Assembly (NCBI GenBank): GCA_964016885.1
Contig: OZ024744.1
Span: 61,876,001-61,940,000, forward strand
DNA from: Eledone cirrhosa
Taxonomy: Eukaryota
Direction of reading: 5' to 3'
Length of the DNA: 64,000 nt
The position numbers and the translations under genes were made by a program. The notes below the pieces were generated by a model. It worked only from the letters and a program-made list of their open reading frames with translations, did not search any database and was not told where the DNA came from. Numbering within the stretch: position 1 is the first letter of the stretch; every line of letters starts with the position of its first letter. Of this stretch, positions 40,280 through 54,129 are shown in pieces.

Positions 40280-40708
40280 CCATATATACTTGATTCTAAG
40301 CTGATCCAAATATAAGCTGACTCCCTAAATTATGTTTGAGAATTAGGCAAAAATACAAACTATTTATAAGCCGAGGCAAATAAACAACACACGTTTAGAT
40401 GGTGTGGTTTTGAAATTTTCATGAGAGGAGAATATATTTATGAAGTTTTAATATTTTTATATTTAAAATGTTCTTAGTATATCTTTTGTTTCACAACTCT
40501 ATTACATAATGAATTTGTTCAAAACAAAATCAAATAGGAATACAAATTTCACATCGTAATAAAATGAAAATATTTTAGCACTTCATTTATGTAGTTTGAA
40601 GTTGGTGAAAATTGGCAAAATATTGACCTCAAATATAATCTGACCCCATTTTACCATTAATTTCCTCATCACATATTTCTCGGCTTTTATACAAGTACAT
40701 GTATGTGG
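40280..40708. mobile_element. Old TA-flanked pogo/Tc2-like MITE
   Basis: TA|CCATATATACTTGATTCTAAGCTGA versus TCGGCTTTTATACAAGTACATGTATGTGG|TA as degenerate TIRs. Confidence 0.45.
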
Positions 40709-41694
40709 TAAGTATTATATAAGTGTTAAATAACAAAATAATACAAATCTTTGAGATTTTGGTAGTAATCATGATCATCAGTGTTGAAATGTGGGATAAA
40801 AGGCAAAATTGTCCATTGCAGGATTTGAACTTAGCACAGAGATATTCTATCTGATGCTCTAATGACAGTCAATTTACAGCGCTACTTGCAGCAATACTTA
40901 TGTATCTGAGCGGAGATACTTTAAAAAAGCCTATAAAATAGGGTGAAGAATCTCAAAATCCCAGTTTGTTTTAAACTATTTTAGAATTCCTAGGAAATGC
41001 CACTTGTTCTGGAAAATCACGAGATATTAAACACACACACACACATGCAGTTTCATACATATATACATAAGTACACACACATATAACACATTAGATATAC
41101 ATCATACACACATTCACTGAAATAACTACTTATACACACATGCACAGATATATACACATACATATGAAACATTGTACAAACATGTACATACAATGTCTTT
41201 AATAAAATGAAATTATAAGATACATTTTAAAAATACATTCCGAAAAAAAGGCTCACTTCAAATAGGAATCCTGGGAATAAGTAAAAGTGTCTGATATGAG
41301 AAGCTGTACCACACATCAATAACAAACATAAGAAAAATATTCAGGCCTGATGACTAAACAAAACCTACTGTCAATTGTATAATCACCACAGTTAGAAGCA
41401 GCAATAATACTGCTGTTGTTTAGCTCTAGATCTGGCCCAAACAGGTTCTATTAAACCAAACCGCCCATTTTAACCAGTTCATTACCATATTTCTAATGAA
41501 AGACCATGATTGTCAAACAATTTTGAAAATAAATAGAATTTAAAGGGTTAAGTAATATAACTAACTTTCTCATTAAGTTGGTGTTTGGAACATAACTAAA
41601 CAGAGGTTCTTACATTAAGTTATGATGGAAGATTTTTATATAAATCTAAACACTTTAAAACAAACACCTTTGTATCATAGAATCAAAGGCAGAG

Positions 41695-42246
41695 TATTGC
41701 ACGATGTTTCCAGCAACTGTGGTTTTAGGAGTAGTATGTAAGGAAGGTCATATCATACCACCTTTCCAAAAAGTCTTAGAATTAATGCTGCTGGAGATAG
41801 TTAAGCTTGGATCAACTACACAAAGGAAAATAGCTTTCAATAAGACTCCACATCTTCTCACAAAGCACACATAACTCAAGAATGGATGTCAGACAATTTC
41901 TATGATCATATAACACCAAACTTGTGGCCTCCAAACTCACCATATTTAAATCCCATAGACTATGACATTTGCAGTGTTGTTGAAAGGATTATTAATCAAT
42001 ATCCTTATAATACCATAGCTTCACTGAAGGCTGATCTTGTCCAGGTGATATCCGAAATGTATAAGGACCATTTAGTGCACACAGGTTAGAAATTTTGACC
42101 CTGCATTGAAGCTGAAGGCGCATTCATAGAATAATCTTATGAAAAAGTTTAAGAACATGTGCACAAATTTTTACTAAAATATATTTGATTTTTGCCAGAT
42201 TAGAAAACTTTTATTAAATTTCCTCAAATACCTCTCACACCCTGTA
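41695..42246 (+). mobile_element. Degraded Tc1/mariner DD37D (maT-like) 3' half
   Basis: FQ*DSTSSH...WPPNSPYLNPIDY with 37 residues between the Asp residues. Ends in CACCCTG-TA. Confidence 0.75.
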
Positions 42247-43539
42247 TATCCATTTTATAACAAATCGTAGAGAGGATTTTTCAGCCACACTAAGAATACG
42301 ACAGCTTCCCAGTGCTGGTGACAAAATAAAATACACCCAGTACACCCTGTAAAATGGTAGATGATAGGAAGGGTATCCAGCAGTAGAAGCCGTGCCAAAC
42401 AAAGGGCAAAGAGGACTCATCAGTTGTGTCAATAACATAACTTCTGTAGTACTGAGGCTACATTAAAATGCATCCAGTACATTCTGTATAGTATTCAGCT
42501 GTAGAAACCATGCCAAAATCAGAATGTATGTGAGGCATGACTCTCAGCCCATCTGGGAGGAGAGTAGTTCCAATTAAGTAAACACTTGGTCTATGACAAT
42601 CCATAGAACTCATGTTAGCATGGAAAAAAGTATGTTAAATAATGATGAATGATGATGAATATATTTCTCTAAAGAAAGATTTACAATAAATTCTTTAAAT
42701 TCTAAAAAAAAGAAAAATACTTAAATGAATAGATAATATTAATTTTCTAGTCTTACTGTTTAACTAATAAGTTATTCTTAAAACACACTACCTTTTAGGC
42801 AAGGGTGGAGCTTCATTTATTGGTTAGCCGTTCTCTAAGAAAGTATACTTTAACACAAATTGTTTCATGAGAATATAACAACAGCAGAAGCACATACTTC
42901 CAATTTTGTTTTCATATTTTTCTTTTTGTTTTAGTGATGGGAGGTTTAATGAATGAAAAAAAAAAACAACTAACAAACAGACAAATAAAAGACAGGTGAT
43001 AGAAGAAGTAAACAAACAAAATATACAAAGAATGACTGTAGAGATGTAGGTAATTGTTTCAGTAAGCATAACATCAGAAACAAAGGCTTGTAATGAGCTT
43101 AATATGGATGATGGAGTTTGAATAACTTGGCTTGTCAGTCAGTGATGGGAGAGGGGACCCTCACTATCCGTACAAGCAGACTTTAAGACATCTGGGTTAA
43201 TGTGGAAAATAAATTGACTCACTATACAAATATGAGAAGAAACTTATGGACGAAATTTTACATGTATCACCAATTCTTCAGGCTAATAGCTGTTCCTTAC
43301 TTGCCAAAACAACATCAGCCCTTTCTTTGTTTTCTTTTAAAAAGTTATGGTAACATTTTGGCATGAAAAACAAAAAGAGTTCATTAAGAAAAAATAAAAA
43401 AATAATAAAAGATAGTGAATAATTCCTTGCAAGGTGCAGACATAGGTATGGTTGTTAAGAAATTCACTTCACAACCACATGGTTCAGAGTTCGATCCCAA
43501 TGCATGACTGGGTCCTTGAATAAGTGTGTTTTGTATGGT

Positions 43540-43838
43540 CTGCATTGTGAATGAAATATCGCTACTTTCTCCGACTTGAGAGACACAGCTCCGATACTAT
43601 CGGCATGTAGTTAGAATGACTCAGGAAAAAAAAATCACTGGACAGATTTTTACGAGCAAAACCAACCGGTAGACCCCGAGCATAATGGTTGGATAACATC
43701 CATGAGATTGGCTGGTCTCACTTGGGGATACAAACTGATCAGCTGGAGACAGTTGTTTCTGACAGGACCCGCTGGAAAGAGTGTTTGAGGACTCTACCCC
43801 ACGGCCCTCTCAGGAATAAGTGGGCGAAGAAGAAGGGC
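43540..43838 (+). mobile_element. RTE-like 3' fragment of a third family (related decayed copy at ~10960-11185)
   Basis: QLRYYRHVVRM, GRPR..WLDNI, DRTRWK; (GAA)n tail. Confidence 0.6.
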
Positions 43839-45844
43839 ACTATTAATGAAGAATCACATATATCTTTCAACGGGAAAACTGTGAAACTGGTGCTTTTCAA
43901 CAAATATATTTTGTCTGCTAGACAATAAAATGAAAGGAAACCAAAACGGGAGGAAAAAAACCGTCAATAAAATAAAACCGAATAAAACGTGGGGCAAGTT
44001 ATATCACAGTCTTAGGCAAGATTCTTTCATTGCATGAACTTATATTTGACCATTTTACCTTATTTAGTTAACTTATCGGTAGGCGATAAAAGGCTAGAAA
44101 CAAACTGTTGTAAAGTCAGCAGGTAGGTAAAAAAAAATAATTATAAATTCATAAATAAATCTTTGGGGAAAATGAGAGAAAAGGGGATGGGAGTGTAAAT
44201 TGATCCTAGTATTTTACAAGTACTTTTAATCTCCGGACAGATTAATGAATAAAGAGAATATGATCACAAGTTCCAGATGGAATAATTAAAACAAACAGTT
44301 GTGGAGAAGATGGGAACACAAAATAAATTCATAAACTATTTAGAAGACACTGCATATTGAAAAAAATGGCCCCAACACAGGCTAGAACAAATTAAATTAC
44401 AGTGGCAAATGCTATTGGTTCAAGATATACCTACAACGATCGAAAGCATTCCAGCCAAATCGTTATTGTCACAGTTCGCAACTATGCAGATTTAGCCGAC
44501 TTACATGTTGCATTTCATAGGAGGTTTCTTGGGTATTTTAATGATTAGGGGCATGAAAGCAACGTAAAATGAAGCGTCTTACTCTCTAACAATATTCAGC
44601 CTCTGGTCCAGGAATCCAAACCACAATCTTATGATCATGAGTACAACACCATAACTACTAGGCTACATAATTAATTAATCTTTTTAGGTACTCTCTTTCT
44701 TCGAGACGGAAAGAAGCATGCGGTTTGAGAAAGTTTTGGCTGTTATTTCTAGCAGTGATAGATCGAGCAGCTTGCCGATTGTTTATTTACAATGGAAAAG
44801 CAAGGCAGCTCTGATAGTTTTACTCTCACACTCAACTACAAAGGGAGAATTCTTATAGACGTCTATATTAAAGTGAAAGTAAAACCCCCACGTACCGAAT
44901 GTTTTCATTAGAGTATATATATACAGGGTAAAATATATACATGACGAGAATGTTGTTGAAGTGTGTATATATTTTTGGGGACACCCTGTATGTGTGTATG
45001 TGAGATATATATATATATAATGTGTGTGTGTATGTAAAAGGTAAACAGAAATAACACAATCGGTACAATATAGATGTATAACCCTTGTATATGTATGCGT
45101 TTATATTTGCATTCACGAATCTTATTTCAATGAAATTCATAGTTGCTGTTATACATATATGTATATTTCTATTTATTTCCCATCCATTAACATGTATATG
45201 TTGCATTTATTTTCATTCTGTGAATATATTTTACATAAATTTCTTTTATAACATCGTTAATTCACATTCTTTTTATTTTTCCATTGCATTTTTAATGTCA
45301 CTTTAATATAAAGAAAGTTTATAGGAATTTTGTCCTATGAAGGATCTTTCGATGTAGTTTCTAAAAACTATAAGGGTATGATTTAACTATTTCGTTACCA
45401 TATTTCTCATGAAAGAACTACCTATGATTTTCAAATAATCAACAATTTGGAGAGATTTAGTAATATAACTTTCTCATAATTAAGTTGGTTTTTTGGAAGA
45501 TAAATATTCTTACGTAAAATTTTGATGGGGTTTTTTTTTAGATAAAAATGAACTCTTTAAAAACAAAGTTTCTTATAGAACCAGAGGACGGGTTCAAGTA
45601 GTTTGTATAAAAAAAGATTAAAAAGAATTTGGCTGCTATTTCTAGGATGTCGATCGACAACATAGATGATCCGTCCTTCATTGGTTTCCAGTGGGAAATC
45701 AATTGTTGTTGTTCCATGATGTTACTGTATCTTAATAACGATAAAAAGGATGAAAATGATGAGATTGTTTGATTTCAAACTTTTCTTTACTCTTAATATT
45801 AAAAACATCCCAAACAATGGAACCAAAAGACAAACAAAACTTAC

Positions 45845-45908
45845 CATAATTCATGTGAGAGAAAGAAAACATTTTTCTAAATTTGACCAACATGGAATCC
45901 GAGAGCAT
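45845..45908 (-). CDS. Candidate alternative first coding exon MLSDSMLVKFRKMFSFSHMNY
   Basis: ATG-initiated 64 nt ending at a consensus G|GTAAGT donor in phase 1, compatible with the 27209 acceptor. Confidence 0.4.
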
Positions 45909-46355
45909 ATGCTGTTAGTATTGCTAATATTATAAGAGAACTACGGATTAATGATGCTTATTTTTGTTCAATTGTTTCCCTGAGGCAGTATATATATGTA
46001 TACATCAACCACAGGTCATCGTGTTCACTTTAACACGCTATGATTTTTTCCTTTCTTTACATTAATTTCTCGAAACAAAATCAAAAGCATACATAGGTTA
46101 GAGTTCACAGTTCACCCAAAAATTATTTCTTCCAGCAAACAGTTTATTTTTTCTTTTACTAAAATTTCCACCACTTTTAATATTAACTCTCACTCACTCA
46201 CTCACTCACTCACCCTTTCTCTCTCCCACTCTCTCTTCAACTTATGTGTGTATTTTCAAATTCGCGAGCGTTCGTACAAACATTCTCCAACCTTTGACAT
46301 CAACGTGTCGTTCCTCCCCATCTTAACACAACCGGCATTATGTTCCCATTACCAT

Positions 46356-46388
<33 letters not shown>

Positions 46389-46450
46389 GAGCGTGTGAGT
46401 GTGCGTGTGCGTGTGTGTGTGTGTGAGCGCACGAGAAAGAATGTGTGTGT
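45909..46450 (-). promoter_or_regulatory. Candidate internal promoter/5'UTR
   Basis: Non-TE sequence upstream of the candidate exon, with locally retained CpGs (ttcgcgagcg, (GC)n) and (CACT)n and (GT)n tracts. Confidence 0.3.
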
Positions 46451-46699
46451 ATTTGCATGTTAGTGTTTGACATCCGTTGTTTTCCAGTTGTTTGATCAAT
46501 GAAACCGTCTGCTGATGAAATCAATGTCCAAGAGGCTGAGCGTTCCACCAGACACATATATTCCACATATTGCAATTCTCAAGGTGATTCTGTGTGACAC
46601 GTCCATCTAGACCTTTAAATCATAGGTAAAGTCCATAAAATAAAGTACCAGTAATGCACTGAGATAATTGCTGGCCTTGTGCCAAATGTAGAAACCAAA

Positions 46700-47127
46700 C
46701 TATAGCCATGGACTAGAAAGCTAGAGAATGACTCCCCTCCTATTGATATAGGAATCCTCCCTCCTGGCTCAGAAGCACCATGGGTCCAGTGGAAGACACT
46801 CAACCGCCTGAGAACAGGAATGGGGAGATCAAAAGCTGCTATGGCCAGATGGGGCTACAAGACCGGCGGCCCAACCATCTGCGAATGCGGAGAGGAGGAC
46901 CATACGATGCAGCACTGCCTTGTTTGCCCTCTACTACCTAACCAGTGCAGCTTAAAAGATCTCACAGAATTTAATAATAATTGTTTCTACTTTTTGGCAC
47001 AAGGCCAGCAATTATCCCAGTATATTACTGGTACTTTATTTTATCGACCCCGTAATGCAAAGGACTGTGTAAAGAAATGGGAAATTGTCATATAACCACA
47101 TGGCTCGAAGATACGAAAAGAAGAAGT
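46700..47127 (+). mobile_element. Ingi/Vingi-like LINE 3' end with an inserted SINE fragment
   Basis: WKTLNRLRTGMGRSKAAMARWG..CECG..TMQHCLVCP CCHC knuckle; (GAA)n tail; SINE at ~46975-47053. Confidence 0.7.
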
Positions 47128-47529
47128 TATTATATGTAAGTGACTGAGCATTTCACAGATACATGTACGCTTAATGTAATTATCAGAAATCCTGTGTGAC
47201 ACTGTGTAGCATGGCTAGGTATTCTACAGACATGTACCCATAAAGGAGTTCTCAGGGAGACTCAGTGTAATACAATGTGTAAGAAGGCTGTCACTTTTGA
47301 ATTACTGACAATTTTTTTTACTCGAATGTACAAGAACCATTGTAAAATAGGGATGGAATAAAGAAGTACAGAGCTGGCTGTATGGGAAAGTAGAGGAAAG
47401 GACTACAAAAGCCATAAATAAGAGTAAAAAGGAGAAAACCAAGGGCTCTAGGGCCACAGAAAAAAAGGAGGGGGATGGGGAGAGGCTGATGGTCTTTGGG
47501 TCTCGGGCACGGCAATGTTGGGCCTGCAC

Positions 47530-48000
47530 CCCTTGGACAAAACTGCTAAAGCATTTCTGCGGACAATGGCCTGCGACACCCACTGCAACAGTCACCTCAC
47601 CTTGCAGTGGGTGTCACAGGTCTACTTGTTCCACTTGTGATAGGAAGCCAGTTGCGTCCAGACTCCTTCTCTATGTTGTTGAGAGCAGCATGTTGCGGGA
47701 GCCAGCCTGCTCTCTGGCGGCAAGACAGTGGTGCAGGCTGAACTTATCAACGACCGCCTCACAACGGCATATATGTGGATCACAAACGCTGAGGCCGAAG
47801 CATTGAGCCACTCCAATGCGAGTGCACTCGTCATCAAGAAGGGTACTGGTTGATGAGGGCACCAAATTGAGCCATGCACCGCTGTTTGGCTGTGAAGTGA
47901 GGAGGAGGGGGGTCCAAACCAGACTCGATCTGCCTGAAGGAAGATTTGCATTTGATGTCATCCCAGTTACATGGAGTGGTTGTTACAGTGGGTGTCGCTG
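47530..48000 (-). mobile_element. CRE-like (restriction-like endonuclease) non-LTR fragment
   Basis: SGAWLNLVP..LLDDECTRIGVAQCFGLSVCDPHICRC, then frameshifted VWDAT. Confidence 0.65.
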
Positions 48001-49536
48001 GCTATTGTCTGCGGAAATGCTTTTGCAGTTTTCTCCGCAGGACATAAATTATTGACAGAAATTGAAATCACAATCATGATCAGAACATGTAACCACTAAA
48101 CTACATGCCTGTGTGTGTGCGTGTATGAATGGGTATAACAGACGAATGGTGGTCGCTAAAAATTGATGTTCAGTAATTGATAGTTTAGCAGGCATAATTG
48201 TGATAGTAAATAATTTTAAGCAAATACTTTTCTTGTTCTTTTACTGGCTTCAAGCGCTATGTTGTGACTAGGCTTCAATAGTTTTTTGGCACCAACCACT
48301 TTCCTGAGTATACTGGGTATATTTTATAATGACACTGCCACTACTATTTCACAGAGTGTACTGATGCATTTTATTATGGCACCAGTACTATCATTTTGCA
48401 GAAGCTACTGGGCAGTATCAGTACTACTACTACAGAGTATGCAGAGTATATTTTATTGTGGCATCAAAACTAAAGAGGTTGTCATGTACTCAGCTAGACT
48501 GAAGATTTCTCTCTACCCTGTACTGTCTTCATTCAATTGTCAACTACTTTACAGAGTATACTGGGTTCATTTAATGATGACACCAACACTTGTCAAATAA
48601 AGAAATGTCTGCATATTAAATGTCATAATAAATGTATGGTAATGTACATGTGTACCAAACATAGAAATTGCCTGTGTAAGTAAATTCTTTAAAATATCTA
48701 AACAAGAAATAGTTTGATAAATAAAAACGTCCGCACAGTCAATTATGTCTAGCACATTAGGCAGAGTGTAAAAACAAGACAGTTTGCTGTGTCAAAACAA
48801 GACAAAGTTTAAATAAACAAGAATGCACAAGAAAGGGAATATTGCATGAAGCAAACAACAAGAATTTGTAAAGTAAGCAAATATGCAGAAGTTGTGAGAA
48901 CATTTCATCAAAAATATTTAAAATTGTTGTGATCTCTAGTACTTATGAAACAGGTGCAGGTAGATGATATTTTCAAAGTTCTCTTACTGCCATTCTTTTT
49001 TTTTTAAATTAAATTGATAGAAATTCTAATTTTATTTTAAAAATATTCATTTCGCAGAATATTAGTTTTATAAAATGACTATACGTGACGAAAAGTTGTT
49101 CGAAAAGAAATTTGTCCTGTGAAAAATTCTTTGATGAAAGTTTGTTTGATATAAAGTCATTTAATGAATTTTATTTGATAAAAACAACTGTAACAAATAT
49201 CACCCACCCTCCTGCTGTAACGATTTTGCCTTAATAATTGTTTCTACTTTTGGCACAAGGCCAGCAATTATCCCAGTGCATTACTGGTACTTTATTTTAT
49301 CGACCCTGTAAGGATGAAAGGCAAAGTTAACCTAGGCGGGATTTGAACTCAGAATGGCAAGGGCCGTAACTCTATGCATCAAAGCATGGCGTCCAACCCT
49401 CTACCGATACTGCCAATTCAAATTTAGGAACACGGTCAACAATTTTGTGGGTAAGGGGAAAATCAATTATACTAACCCCAGTAGGATGAAATGCAAAGTT
49501 GAACTCTGCGAGCCATAATAATAATGTTAGTAATAA

Positions 49537-49680
49537 CTAGCAGAATGGCCCGGCGTTGTTCAGGATTTGCTCTAGGGTTCTTATATATTTTATATATATT
49601 TATCCTTATCAAGCCTCGTGAAATAAATGTTTGTTTATATTTTGTTATTGTGTATGCAAAAATATCTGTACACGAATATA
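49537..49680 (-). mobile_element. Helitron 3'-end fragment
   Basis: Minus strand CCTGAACAACGCCGGGCCATTCTGCTAG|T resembles the terminus at 34232. Confidence 0.6.
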
Positions 49681-49698
49681 TAATTATATATATATATA

Positions 49699-52600
49699 AT
49701 CATCATCATCATCATCGTTTAACGTCCATCTTCCACGCTTGCATGGGTTTGGACAGGAGTTTTCCCACTTGAGGCAAGATTTGTTGTCCTGCTCGTATAG
49801 GACTGTCTGGCAGGTTTTTTACGGCTGGATGCCCTTCCTAACACCAACCACGTTTACAGTGTGGACTGGGAGGTTTTTACCGTGTTACCTACACGACCAC
49901 ATTACAGCGTGGACTGTGTTTTTTTGTCATGACACCTACACGACCTCGTTTGTTTCAGACTGGATGTTGTGGTACCAACATAACTTCACATTTAAGGGGT
50001 GGTGTGAATGAGGTGGGGGTAGTGGGACGGGGGGGTATTTTGTTAGAGGTGCCTACTGACTGTAGGTTTCGCTTTGTACTTAGGCAAGGCGGGTCTTCTG
50101 TATTACTGTGTAGCGCCAAAGATCTCCGTCCAGTGACATTGTCTTGGAGAGGTGTAAGTGTGTGAGGTCTGAATTTATCAAGTCGTCCCAGGTTTTTCTG
50201 GGTCTGCCTACTCCTTGGCTACCGTCTATTTTTATTGCCCTGCACTTTTTTATACAGCTGTCGTCTTTCATGCGCATCACGTGACCATACCAACGTAGTC
50301 TTCTCTCGAGTAAACAACATCTGATCCCTCTTATTCCTAATTTCTCCCTTAGTTCGTTTATGCTTTGCCGTTCACGTATATTACTATTACACATCCAGCG
50401 GAGCATGCAAGCTTCGTTTCTCTCCAGTCTGCGTATATCCTCTGCACACAATGCCCATGTCTCACTGCCATATAATATTGCTGTTCGTATGCAGGCATCA
50501 TACAGCCTGCCTTTCATTTTTAGAGAGAACCCTTTAGCGGTCAATAGTGGTATAAGCTCTCTGAACTTTTTCCATCCCGTTCTGACTCTAGCTACTGTAC
50601 TTTCAGAGCACCCTCCACCACTGCTGATTTTGTCACCCAGGTAACGGAAGATGTCCACTATTTCTATAGAACCATCTGTGCAATGGAATGAGCTAGTATT
50701 CCCTGGGCACTTGCTGCTACTTATTGCACTAGAGCACCGGCCACATATAAAATCTATATTCTTAGTTAGCTTACCTGTGATCCCACTACATCTTTTATGC
50801 ACCCATACTTTGCATTTGGGACATAAAATGGAGTTTCTGCCTACTCCTTTCCTACACACTGAGCATGGCCATTTCCCAGATGGGACCTATTTTCCTTCCT
50901 ACAAACTAGAACTTTAGTCTGAGACAAGTTAACTTTAAGGCCTTTTGATTCTTGGCCATGCTTCCATGTTTGGAATTTCTTCTCTAGTTCAACCATTGAT
51001 TCAGCTATGAGTGTTAGATCATCTGCATATAGGAGTTCCCATGGGCAGCCGGTCTTGAACTCCTGTTATAGCCTGAAGGGCAAAAATAAATAGTAGGGGG
51101 CTAAGAACGGAGCCCTGATGAATACCAACTTTTATGCTAAACTCTTCACTATATTCGTTGTTAATTCTAACCTTGCTGACTGTTTCTTTATACATGGCTT
51201 GTATAGTTCTCACAAGCCATTCATCAACACCTAGTTTTCTAAGCGCCCACCAGATAATGGAGCGGAGGACTCTGTCAAAGGCTTTCTCCAAGTCAACAAA
51301 AGCTAAGTATAAGGGTTTACTTTTAGCTAGGTACTTCTCTTGTAGTTGTCGTACAATGAAAAGAGCGTCTGTGGTACTTTTACCTGACACAAACCCAAAC
51401 TGCATTTCATCTAGATCAATTCGTTCTCTTATTAGTTGCGCTATTATTTTTTCTGTGACCTTCATGACGTGGTCAACCAATTTAATGCCTCTATAGTTAC
51501 TCCTATCTAGGGCGTCTCCTTTACCCTTGTAACAGTTAATGATGATGCTGCTACGCCAGTCCTTCGGAACAACCCCATTCTGTATGACTTGGTTTACTAT
51601 CCGGGTGACCATAGTGTGTCCCACCGTTCCAGATGCTTTCAGCATTTCAGCAACTATTTCCGAAGGCCCGGCCACCTTACCCGTCTTCATATCTTTGATT
51701 GCCTTACTTATTATATTACCTTCAACTAGCACTGCTGGTCCCTCTATTGGATCGATGTGGGGGAGACTGTCTTTCTCCCATTTATTCTCCTCATTTAGTA
51801 GCCTTTCGTAGTGACACTTCCAAACTACCTTCTTATCAGAGTCAGTGATTGCAAGTACACCATCATCATTAAGGACACACTTCTCCCCGACAATATCACG
51901 GTTTTCCTTGACACATTGCCTAGCAATCCTGAACACCTCACGTTTTTGGTCCTCGCATTGTAGAACATGCTTGAACTTTCTTTCCTCTGCTTCCCTTCTT
52001 GCGAAGTACACTTGTGTCCTAGCTTCCCTCCTGGCCACTTGATAGTCTTCTCTACTTCCCCCATCCTGCCATACTTTCCAAGCCTGCTTTTTGGCCTTAA
52101 TTGACTCCTCCACCTTACTATTCCACCACCACGTTACTCTCCTCCTGCCTATAGGCCTGCTCCAGCCACAAACTTCATCTGCCGCCTTCAGCAGGTTAGC
52201 TTTCAGGAATTCCCACTGTTCCTCTATATTGTACGACTCTAATTGCTCTTCCTTACTGTCGAAAGCATCAAGTAATATGCTTTTAAATTTATTACTGGCT
52301 GTATGGTCCTTTAGCTTCCATATTTTTCTCCTGACGATAGTCCTCCTCTGTTGTTGAGTACGTCTTGTCCTTATATGAGGTCGCTGACTATGAGTCTATG
52401 TTGAGAGGTGCATTCTTCATGGGGGAGGGATTTAGTGTTTACAACAGACACTCTATCATGTCTTCTGGTAAGGATATAATCTATCTGACTGGCGTGTTCC
52501 CCTTATCTATAGGTGATCAAGCGATTGTCTCGTTTTTTGAAGTTAGTGTTACAGATAGTTAGGTTATTGTCGCAGAATTCCAGGATTCTGGAACCTTCCT

Positions 52601-53541
52601 CATTTCTAGTACCAAACCCATAGCCTCCATGGATTCCGTCATAGCCGTCACAATGTTGTCCAACGTGACCATTTAGGTCGCCAGCAATAATTACGTAGTC
52701 ACTGTCGGTTATTTGGGAGGTAGTGAGCATCAATGTCTCATAGAATCTGTCTTTTATAGCCACAGACAGTCCGGTTTGGGGTGCATACGCAGATATTACT
52801 GTCACAGTAGTTCTATTTAGGACAAGTCTTATTTTAATTATTCTGTCGTTCACTCTATTTATGTCTATTATCTTATCTACCCATTTTTCTGCTAACATGA
52901 TTCCTACCCCACCCAGCCCATTGTCATTTCCCACCCAGAAAAGCTTATAGCATCGTTTTTTACCCACAATGAATCTAGCAGACCCACCCCTCCACCTGGT
53001 CTCTTGGATACAGCAAACATCAACCTCCTTATGTTCAAGCATTTCTACAACCTCGTTAGAGCGAACTTTTAAGGTGCCTACATTCATGGTACCAACTCTG
53101 AAGTTTTGGATTGCGTTTGGTGGGTGGGAACAGTGGGGCGCGGGGAGGGGTGAGGGGGATGGGGTTGGGGTTATGTTGGCCATCCGCAGCCGAAACAAAG
53201 AGGAGTCATTGTCTTTTCGTCCAGCAGCATGTGGTGAATTTGTCTTTATCTTTAGCATTGTCACTGAAAGATTGGATTCTGGGCGATGATACGGATATAT
53301 GAATGAATGGACCTATAGGCTGGAGAGAGATAAGAAAAATGGCATTTACATTATACTTCGCAGGGAACGACGAGGTCTGACCATTAATAAGCGTTGACAA
53401 ATTCTGAGATTCGTACCTCATAACAGGTTTATTTATATTTGGTGAGAGAAGGGAGTGATTGAAAGGGTGAACTAGCCGGCACGTAATACGATATAGTGGG
53501 GCCGAAGAGTAAGAGGGACAATGAGGCCATTTTATAAAACC
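49699..53541 (-). mobile_element. RTE-clade LINE, apparently full length with 5'UTR, several frameshifts
   Basis: GTMNVGTL and CCIQETRW APE motifs through RT to the (GAT)n tail. Same subfamily as 3796-7085. (TA)n on both sides. Confidence 0.95.
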
Positions 53542-53553
53542 TATATATATATA

Positions 53554-54100
53554 CTAGCTAAAGTACCCGTCCTTTGGACGGTTCAAGTAGCTTTCGATGT
53601 AGCTCATTAAACTAAACATAGTAAATTTGAATACATAGAAGAAAAACATACTTTATGTAAACATGAAAACCTTAGGCACTATTCCAGCGGAATAATCAAT
53701 ATGTGAGCTCGGTGTCATCGGTTATACCATGTAACAACAGAAATCCAGTCTAGGTATAAATTTTTTGACAACAGTAAAAGCACATCATGAAATAGAGAAG
53801 TGAAGTGAATAATAGACACTATCATGTACATAGGTTGGAATAACAATACAGATTGGACATAACAGGGGGGAACTGATGTATGAGCAAATCGTTATATAAA
53901 GAGGTGGATGTTGGGTGTCTTTTGGATTATTGAAGAGCAGATTTATACACAACATTTTTGGTTTTCCCGTCAGGAGCATAAATAAATAGGTCGTCAGGAT
54001 TACCAACTCAAGATCAGCCAACGTCATGAAAAATGAGTTCTTATTGTTTTGAGGATGATGTGGTGTGGATTTTCATGTGTAATAAAAGGTTGTAACAAAA
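53554..54100 (-). mobile_element. Helitron-type 3' end (left edge exact, right edge approximate)
   Basis: Minus strand CCGTCC-AAA-GGACGG hairpin followed by CTAG|T. Confidence 0.6.
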
Positions 54101-54129
54101 AATAAAAAAAAATTTTTTAAAAGTTCCCC

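Noticed and set aside
43140-43191. Phase-1 alternative terminal exon (VLKSACTDSEGPLSHH*) on the minus strand
   Set aside because: Plausible acceptor, but only 17 codons and no independent support.
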